Source of the DNA: a virus
Taxonomy: Duplodnaviria; Caudoviricetes
Virus record (IMG/VR): IMGVR_UViG_3300020045_011929
Coordinates: 1 to 28,369 of that record
Direction: 5' to 3' (one strand)
DNA length: 28,369 nucleotides
The translations under genes and the position numbers were made by a program. The notes under the pieces were generated by a model. It made no database searches, was not told the origin of the DNA, and was given only the letters and a program-made list of their open reading frames with translations. Below, one piece after another: positions 1 through 5,727 of this stretch; position 1 is the stretch's first letter; each line of letters begins with the position of its first letter.

Positions 1-45
1 CTTTGCGGTAAGCAGTAACGCGACTTCGAATGTTTTTTTACTCAT
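1..45 (-). CDS. Probable true N-terminus of the tape measure protein, partial, runs off the window (MSKKTFEVALLLTAK...)
   Basis: The reverse complement of 1-45 reads ATG AGT AAA AAA ACA TTC GAA GTC GCG TTA CTG CTT ACC GCA AAG. This resembles the typical 'hydrophobic strand-A-x-D' tape measure start. It lies directly downstream of the chaperone extension, where the tape measure gene is normally found. Confidence 0.7.
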   Translation of the reverse strand, partial: MSKKTFEVALLLTAK

Positions 46-59
46 ATCTATTCATATAT

Positions 60-92
60 AAAAAAAACCGCAACCGTTATCGGTGCGGTTTT
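60..92 (-). terminator. Intrinsic terminator after the chaperone extension
   Basis: Minus strand reads AAAACCGCACCG-ATAA-CGGTTGCGG-TTTTTTTT: a GC stem with one bulge and an 8-U tract, starting at the TAA (91-93). Confidence 0.75.
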
Positions 93-248
93 ACGTTTCT
101 GCTGGTGGGTTCATTTTTTCGTGCAATTTCAATGCTTCAACAAACCAATAATGAACGTCATTCCCGTCCATTTCAAATAAAAAATTTAACGATGTGTTTG
201 AAAAATGTGCCAGAAAAATTAATTGTTCTGGCGTTATGTAAAAAGCTG
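91..248 (-). CDS. Tail assembly chaperone C-terminus and its -1 frameshift extension (P2 gpE/E'-like, lambda gpG/GT-like), inverted
   Basis: The zero frame ends CAG CTT TTT ACA TAA (QLFT*, 248-234). The -1 frame continues FYITPEQLIFLAHFSNTSLNFLFEMDGNDVHYWFVEALKLHEKMNPPAET, which resembles the GpE' pattern (lA.hF.w....l..M...e...W...A). Confidence 0.7.
209..245 (-). promoter_or_regulatory. Putative programmed -1 ribosomal frameshift signal (slippery run plus downstream hairpin)
   Basis: Minus strand CTTTTTA (245-239), a 6-nt spacer, then the stem GCCAGAA (232-226) / TTCTGGC (215-209). Confidence 0.6.
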
Positions 249-1577
249 AAAAATATGGGTCTTGACCCGTCAGAACAGGCTTTAACCGCATACGGAAATA
301 CAGCTTCGGCAATGGGTAAATCATTGAATGATATGGTTGAAGCGGTTGCCGATGCTGCAACAGGCGAGTTCGAACGTTTGAAGGAATTCGGTATAAAAGC
401 CAGTTCACAGGGCGACAAAGTTTCATTTTTATTTCAGGGTGTGAAAACCACGGTTGGAAAAAACGCAAAGGAAATTGAGCAGTATTTGAAATACGTCGGA
501 AACGTGAAGTTTGCGGGAGGAATCGAAGCGCAAAGCAAGTCAGTAAAAGGGATGCTTTCCACGTTAAAGGATGGTGTGGTTATGACGGCTTCCAAGGTTG
601 GAACCGTGTTTTTGCCACGATTAAAAGAACTTATGAATCAGGTCACGCCTGTAGTTGACAGAATTTCAAATTGGGTAAGCAAAAACCCTGGATTAACCGA
701 AGGTATTTTAAAAGCAGCAGCAGGCGCAATGTTATTAAGTTTTGCAGTTTCAGCAGCGGCTTTCGCATTTGGAGGCGTGTTTAAGGTTATTTCTGCAGGC
801 ATGGCAATTATGAACAGTTACCGAACTTTGATGATCACCGTGACAGCTGTTCAGAACGCTATGGCATTTTCGGCACTATCAGGAGCGACTGGAATTCAGA
901 CACTTTCGGCTGCTTTGAAAGCCGCTAATTTAGCGTTTTTGACTTCGCCTATATTTTGGGTAGTTGCCGCAATTGCCGTGGCTGCATTCTTAATTATAAA
1001 ATATTGGGAGCCTATTAAAAAATTCTTTTCCGGATTGTGGGATGGAATCAAGGCGATATTTTTCAAGGCCTTGGATTTCGTTAAAAAATGGGGTTTGTTA
1101 TTTGTTGGACCGATTGGCTGGATCATTATGATTTGGAAAGCCGTTCCTGACAAATTCAAAAACATTGGTTCTGATATTATGATGGGATTATGGAACGGGA
1201 TTAAATCCAAAGCAATGGCATTATTCGATTTTGTAAAAGGAATCGGCAAAGGTATCGCAACGGCTTTTAAAACTGTTCTTGGTATAGCCTCGCCTTCAAA
1301 GGTATTTATGGATTACGGCGTAAACATAACCGAGGGAGCACACAACGGCATCAAGAAAGGACAGGATAGGGTTATTGGAGCGTCAAAAGGAATGGGAAGT
1401 TCTATAAAACCAACCGCAAGCCGTGGTGGAAGTAGTAGTTCGACAGTATCCGTGACGTTTGCGCCTGTAATTCATGGAGGCTCTGGCGATGTGGCAACAC
1501 AGGTTAAAAATTTGATTCCTGAATTGATACGACAAATTGAGGCACAGATGCAAAGAAAAGCAAGATTAGCTTATTAA
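243..1577 (+). CDS. Tail tape measure protein, central and C-terminal part (5' part separated by the inversion junction)
   Basis: From KLKNMGLDPS...AMGKSLNDMVEAVADAATGEFERLKEFGIK onward it is a typical tape measure domain. It continues with Ala-rich hydrophobic segments, W-spaced repeats and the LGIASPSKVF motif. The first ~70 aa of the listed ORF 30..1577 do not resemble a tape measure protein. Confidence 0.9.
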   Translation, partial: KLKNMGLDPSEQALTAYGNTASAMGKSLNDMVEAVADAATGEFERLKEFGIKASSQGDKVSFLFQGVKTTVGKNAKEIEQYLKYVGNVKFAGGIEAQSKSVKGMLSTLKDGVVMTASKVGTVFLPRLKELMNQVTPVVDRISNWVSKNPGLTEGILKAAAGAMLLSFAVSAAAFAFGGVFKVISAGMAIMNSYRTLMITVTAVQNAMAFSALSGATGIQTLSAALKAANLAFLTSPIFWVVAAIAVAAFLIIKYWEPIKKFFSGLWDGIKAIFFKALDFVKKWGLLFVGPIGWIIMIWKAVPDKFKNIGSDIMMGLWNGIKSKAMALFDFVKGIGKGIATAFKTVLGIASPSKVFMDYGVNITEGAHNGIKKGQDRVIGASKGMGSSIKPTASRGGSSSSTVSVTFAPVIHGGSGDVATQVKNLIPELIRQIEAQMQRKARLAY

Positions 1578-1591
1578 TTATAATATTTTTG

Positions 1592-1599
1592 TATATTTG
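1592..1599 (+). promoter_or_regulatory. Bacteroidota sigma-A -7 promoter element
   Basis: TATATTTG matches TAnnTTTG and is intergenic. Confidence 0.6.
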
Positions 1600-1603
1600 C
1601 GTA

Positions 1604-1687
1604 GGTAGAAACGGAAACGGTATTTTCATTGCCAACTCTTAAAGATCCTTATACAAAAAAAACCACTCCTAACCGAGTGGTTTTTTT
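1604..1687 (+). ncRNA. Candidate ~85-nt small RNA
   Basis: No ATG-initiated ORF on the + strand; the segment is bounded by the promoter element at 1592 and the terminator at 1655-1687. Confidence 0.4.
1655..1687 (+). terminator. Intrinsic terminator, potentially bidirectional
   Basis: A8-CCACTC-ctaacc-GAGTGG-T7. Confidence 0.8.
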
Positions 1688-1737
1688 ATTTCACACCGTA
1701 TCCAAAATTTTATTATATTTACAAAAATAAATTTTCA

Positions 1738-2595
1738 ATGTATGCACAATTAGGGAATATCCGTTTTGAAGGACTGAAAGGTTTTTCTAATTTCTCCCAC
1801 GAAAGGGGCGTAAATTATGCGCAACACGAATTAATAAATGGCAAGCCACGTCTGCAGGCTGTTGGCGATAATCTGGATTCGATTTCATTCGGAATGTATT
1901 TGCATTCAGAATTTACCAATCCAGAAGCCGACATTGAAGCCTTACGCCTCGCAATGCAAAACAGGGAAATTTTACCATTAATACTTGGTAATGGACGTGT
2001 TTTAGGTTTTTTCGTGATCCCTAATTTTTCACAGGAAAATTCATTTACAGACCCGCTTGGGAATCTAATTGAAGCAACTTTAAGTGTTGAATTACTGGAA
2101 TCATTCACGGATGACCCATTAAGGGAATCAGAATTACAAGCGATAAACCAAGCGTTTGCAACTTCACAAAGAAACTCAAATGTACGATCCGTTTTACCTG
2201 CTAAATTATCGCAAGGGATGACAATGACAGCCGAAATTTCGAACATCCAAACATCAACTACATTGACGGGTATTTACACAGATAAAATCGAATCTATTCC
2301 AAGTCGTTCAGAATATTGGAGTGGAAAAATAAATAAATCACTTACCGATATTGAAGGCAGTCTGACAAATGTTCAATCGATTTTGTCCGAAGCTTCGGAA
2401 TTGCAAGAAATGGCTCAAGATATGCCAGTGGCGATAAATGACGTTTATATTCGAGTTCAAAATATGAAAGCTGTTTTGCCAGTTACTGACGTAAACGAAT
2501 TTAAAACTTTGAACCAGCAATTAAACGGCTCAGTTTTAAGCTTAAATTCATCAAATTTAGATATAAGTAATAATTCTATAATCAGACGTATATAA
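1738..2595 (+). CDS. P2 gpU-like tail protein with C-terminal extension
   Basis: MYAQLGNIRF...YAQHELINGKPRLQAVGDNLD...LILGNGRVLGFFVI is typical of gpU, and the gene follows the tape measure gene. Confidence 0.85.
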   Translation: MYAQLGNIRFEGLKGFSNFSHERGVNYAQHELINGKPRLQAVGDNLDSISFGMYLHSEFTNPEADIEALRLAMQNREILPLILGNGRVLGFFVIPNFSQENSFTDPLGNLIEATLSVELLESFTDDPLRESELQAINQAFATSQRNSNVRSVLPAKLSQGMTMTAEISNIQTSTTLTGIYTDKIESIPSRSEYWSGKINKSLTDIEGSLTNVQSILSEASELQEMAQDMPVAINDVYIRVQNMKAVLPVTDVNEFKTLNQQLNGSVLSLNSSNLDISNNSIIRRI

Positions 2596-2816
2596 TGGCT
2601 AATTTTGTAGAATATGTAACCAAACAAGGCGACCGATGGGATACGATAGCATTCAAGGCTTATGGAGATTCCACGCTTATAAATGGGTTAATTGAAGCGA
2701 ATACCAGCATTGTGATTTCACCATTGTTAGAAGCTGGTACACGTGTAATTGTGCCAATTTTAGAGCAGGGAGACATACAGATTGATAGCGAATTATTACC
2801 ACCTTGGAAACGATAA
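2595..2816 (+). CDS. Tail protein X (LysM-like)
   Basis: YVTKQGDRWDTIAFKAYG...LIEAN...LPPWKR, 73 aa. Confidence 0.9.
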   Translation: MANFVEYVTKQGDRWDTIAFKAYGDSTLINGLIEANTSIVISPLLEAGTRVIVPILEQGDIQIDSELLPPWKR

Positions 2817-2828
2817 AAAATTAAAATT

Positions 2829-2951
2829 ATGAAAGAAGCAATGAGATTATTGGTTATCTTGGTTTACATTGGATTGTTTGTAATGGTTAGTGCTATCGGG
2901 TCTATTTCTTTGGCTTTGATGTATTTATTGTTGAAATTCATACTAAAATAA
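2829..2951 (+). CDS. 40-aa hydrophobic peptide (not in the ORF track)
   Basis: MKEAMRLLVILVYIGLFVMVSAIGSISLALMYLLLKFILK*, with an A-rich leader. Its stop overlaps the next start (TAATG). Confidence 0.6.
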   Translation: MKEAMRLLVILVYIGLFVMVSAIGSISLALMYLLLKFILK

Positions 2952-4069
2952 TGAACGTACCAATACCAAAATTCACAGTCTTATACAACAACAAAAATAT
3001 CACTTCCGATATTTCGAAGCATCTTGTTTCGCTTACCTACAACGATAAAACCGAGGGCGAGTCAGACGAAATCGAAATCGAAGTTGAGGACGTGGATTTG
3101 AAGTGGCAAAATTCTTGGTATCCAGAAAAAGGCGCAAAATTAACCGTTACTATCGAATCTTTAAAATGTGGTGTTTTTGAAATTGACGAAATACAATTGT
3201 CTGGACCGCCAGACGTTGTGACAATTAGAGGTATGGCGACTGGTATTGTAAATAATTTACGTACCAAAAAATCAGACGCTCACGAATCCAAGACTTTGAA
3301 ACAAATTGCCGAAAAAGTAGCTTCTAAAAACAACTTGACAATTCAAGGCGAAATTCCAGAAATAACTTTCGGTAGAATTACCCAAAACAAAGAAACTGAT
3401 TTAGCGTTTTTAAAGCGAATTTCGCAGGAATACGGGGTTTTGTTTGCTGTTCGTGAAAACGTAATCACATTTACGTCTATTTATGACGTAGAGAAAAGAA
3501 ACGTGAGTTTTTCCGTGGATAAATCCGAGATTTCTAGCTTTAAATTCAAGGATAAAGCCGATGGAATGATAAAAACCGCATCGGTAAAATCGAAATCGGC
3601 TAAGAAAAACGAGCCTGTTACCGCTAATTTGGATTTTGAAAAATACAAACAGGAACAAGGATATTCAAGCGATACACCTGTGAACCAAGATTCAGGGATT
3701 ACGCATACGAAAGCCGAGAACAAACAGCAAGCCGAAGCTAAAGCCAAGGCAATAATGCACCTTTCCGCATCTAACCAAATTGAAGGCAACATAGATATTC
3801 AAGGCACAGTTTTGGCAGTTGCAGGAAATAATGTTCAAGTGACTGGATTTGGAAAATTGTCTGGAAAATTCCACATAAAATCGAGTTCCCATAAAATTGA
3901 CAAATCGAGTGGCTACACGGTTTCGTTGGAAATGAAAAGATTGAATTTGCCGACAAAAACCGAGCAAATTACCAAGAAAAAGAAAAAACAGCAGTCAAAC
4001 AACGTGACTGTTAGAAATTTTAAATTTCCTGATAATAAATATCCTTACGGAAATCCCACTAAAGCTTAA
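2951..4069 (+). CDS. Phage late control D family / baseplate hub protein
   Basis: SLTYNDKTEGESDEIEI, GVFEIDEI, QNKETDLAFLKRISQEYG, GKLSGKFHI motifs; position between X and V. Confidence 0.9.
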   Translation: MNVPIPKFTVLYNNKNITSDISKHLVSLTYNDKTEGESDEIEIEVEDVDLKWQNSWYPEKGAKLTVTIESLKCGVFEIDEIQLSGPPDVVTIRGMATGIVNNLRTKKSDAHESKTLKQIAEKVASKNNLTIQGEIPEITFGRITQNKETDLAFLKRISQEYGVLFAVRENVITFTSIYDVEKRNVSFSVDKSEISSFKFKDKADGMIKTASVKSKSAKKNEPVTANLDFEKYKQEQGYSSDTPVNQDSGITHTKAENKQQAEAKAKAIMHLSASNQIEGNIDIQGTVLAVAGNNVQVTGFGKLSGKFHIKSSSHKIDKSSGYTVSLEMKRLNLPTKTEQITKKKKKQQSNNVTVRNFKFPDNKYPYGNPTKA

Positions 4070-4076
4070 TATTTTA

Positions 4077-4084
4077 TATATTTG
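4077..4084 (+). promoter_or_regulatory. Bacteroidota -7 promoter element upstream of the spike gene
   Basis: TATATTTG ends 18 nt before the ATG at 4103. Confidence 0.5.
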
Positions 4085-4102
4085 TGTTTTAATTAAAAAA
4101 TT

Positions 4103-4762
4103 ATGCTAAGATTTGGAAACATAACCGAAGTTGACCCCGCCAAAGGATACGCCCGTGTGACGTTTACCGATGATGGTATTGTTTCAGATTGGTTGCAAAT
4201 CATAGTTAAAACAGCCTTAAACGACAAAGATTCGTTTACCTTCAATATCAATGAACAGGTAGCGTGTTTAATGGATGAAAACAGTGAAGAAGGCGTAATT
4301 TTAGGAGCTATTTTTAACGATAAAAATTCTCCAAACGGTGGGGGTGTTGGGGTTTTTAGAACTGTCTTTAATGATAATTCAGTAATTGAGTACGACAGGA
4401 ATACGCATAAATATACTTTGGATATTCAAGGCGAAATTAGCATAAAATCGAGTTCAGTAGTGAATATTGAAGCGGTTACGGCAAATGTAAAAGCAAGTGT
4501 AACAGCTAATGTGGAAGCGTTAAACACCAACATCAAAGCCACGGCAATCGCTAAAATACAAGCTCCAGCAATTCAATTAACTGGTGCTGTTGCGATTTCA
4601 GGTGCGTTAACAGTTGGAGGCACAATTACTGCCCCGGGCGGTGGCGCAATTTCTGGAGATTTGAAAGCAACAGGCGATGTTCAGGCAGGTGTTGTTTCTC
4701 TTAAAACACATAGGCACACGACAACAACCAACGGAAGTCCAACCAGTACACCAATACCATAA
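4103..4762 (+). CDS. Baseplate assembly protein V (tail spike)
   Basis: N-terminal OB-fold (RFGNITEVD...ARV...SDWL...EQV), beta-repeat region and C-terminal SLKTHRH metal-binding HxH. Confidence 0.92.
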   Translation: MLRFGNITEVDPAKGYARVTFTDDGIVSDWLQIIVKTALNDKDSFTFNINEQVACLMDENSEEGVILGAIFNDKNSPNGGGVGVFRTVFNDNSVIEYDRNTHKYTLDIQGEISIKSSSVVNIEAVTANVKASVTANVEALNTNIKATAIAKIQAPAIQLTGAVAISGALTVGGTITAPGGGAISGDLKATGDVQAGVVSLKTHRHTTTTNGSPTSTPIP

Positions 4763-5196
4763 TGGCGACAAAATTAGACGATATAAAAGCAACGAATTGG
4801 CAACTATCTAATCAAATGATTGGGCAAGTTGTCGAAGGCATCGATGATATTCGCCAATGTATGGGAATTATTTTTACCACTACAAAAGGAAGCGATCCAA
4901 TGCGTCCGTTATTTGGCTCTGATATTTGGAAATTTATCGATTCGCCAATCAATACAGCCGTGGCCAATATTTCTGCTGAAATTATTGACTGTATTGGAAA
5001 GTGGGAACAACGGGTAATAATCAAAGAATTGACTTATAATATTTCGGGTTCCAGAATTGATTTTGAATTGACTGCCGAATTGTTGGAATCGGGGGAAATT
5101 ACCCAAATTTTATTTTTCATCGACAGGCAAAAACAAATTGACCCGACAACTATGGGTAGGGCATTTAGTAACGGATTCGATTTTGGATTCTCTTAA
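4762..5196 (+). CDS. Baseplate wedge gpW/gp25 family protein
   Basis: DDIRQCMGIIFTTTKGSDPMRPLFGS...WEQRV, with a C-terminal extension ending AFSNGFDFGFS. Confidence 0.9.
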   Translation: MATKLDDIKATNWQLSNQMIGQVVEGIDDIRQCMGIIFTTTKGSDPMRPLFGSDIWKFIDSPINTAVANISAEIIDCIGKWEQRVIIKELTYNISGSRIDFELTAELLESGEITQILFFIDRQKQIDPTTMGRAFSNGFDFGFS

Positions 5197-5206
5197 ATTT
5201 TAAAAA

Positions 5207-5686
5207 ATGAGTACACCAACGGAAAGACAGAATTTAATAAATTCGTTAATAATTGATAATAACACAATGCAGGTTTCGCCTGCTAAAATGCGTGAAGTTT
5301 TAACCTCGTTAAATCTTGCTATTGTCGTAACTGAACCTTCTGGAGTTTCGGCAGTTTTGCCATTGCAGTATAACAATTTTACAAATCAATTCTCAATCAG
5401 TCCAGCCACGGCATTACAGGATGGTTATTTGACTAAAGAAGATTTTATTAAGTTCAACACGGCAACGTCAAAAAATCAAGCCGATAAAATAACCATAAAA
5501 CATAAAGGCTGGTTCAATGGAATAAAAAACACAAGTGAAAGCATTGAATTAGGCGATATTTGCCAAGGATGGAATGCCGACCATACCGAATTTATGGAAT
5601 CCGGAAGATACATTTTGTTGGGAAATGACCAAGATTTTGCAAATTATGAAATATTGAGTTCTTACGGAGTTGCTTTGATACCGTAA
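5207..5686 (+). CDS. Hypothetical virion/adaptor protein
   Basis: 159-aa ORF in the tail operon between gpW and the fibre-like gene. Confidence 0.6.
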   Translation: MSTPTERQNLINSLIIDNNTMQVSPAKMREVLTSLNLAIVVTEPSGVSAVLPLQYNNFTNQFSISPATALQDGYLTKEDFIKFNTATSKNQADKITIKHKGWFNGIKNTSESIELGDICQGWNADHTEFMESGRYILLGNDQDFANYEILSSYGVALIP

Positions 5687-5699
5687 TTTATTATATTTG
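5670..5699 (+). promoter_or_regulatory. Bacteroidota promoter (-33 TTG, N19, -7 TATATTTG)
   Basis: TTG at 5670-5672 and TATATTTG at 5692-5699, with canonical spacing upstream of the 816-aa gene. Confidence 0.65.
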
Positions 5700-5727
5700 A
5701 ACCAAATTTAAAACTATTATTTATATT

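Noticed and set aside
30-242. First ~70 codons of ORF 30..1577 as the tape measure N-terminus
   Set aside because: The sequence is unlike a tape measure protein, crosses a terminator hairpin, and is the antisense of recognisable minus-strand genes. It is a chance open frame across the junction.
1-245. Group I intron or mobile insertion interrupting the tape measure gene
   Set aside because: No intron core or transposase features are visible, and the segment is fully explained by inverted tail genes.
249-468. N-terminal part of minus ORF 91..468
   Set aside because: It is the antisense of tape measure coding sequence; only the portion below ~248 looks like real protein.
1504-1629. 41-aa minus-strand ORF starting MKIPFPFLPT
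   Set aside because: It overlaps the tape measure 3' end in antisense and has no evident promoter; the sRNA or UTR reading is simpler.
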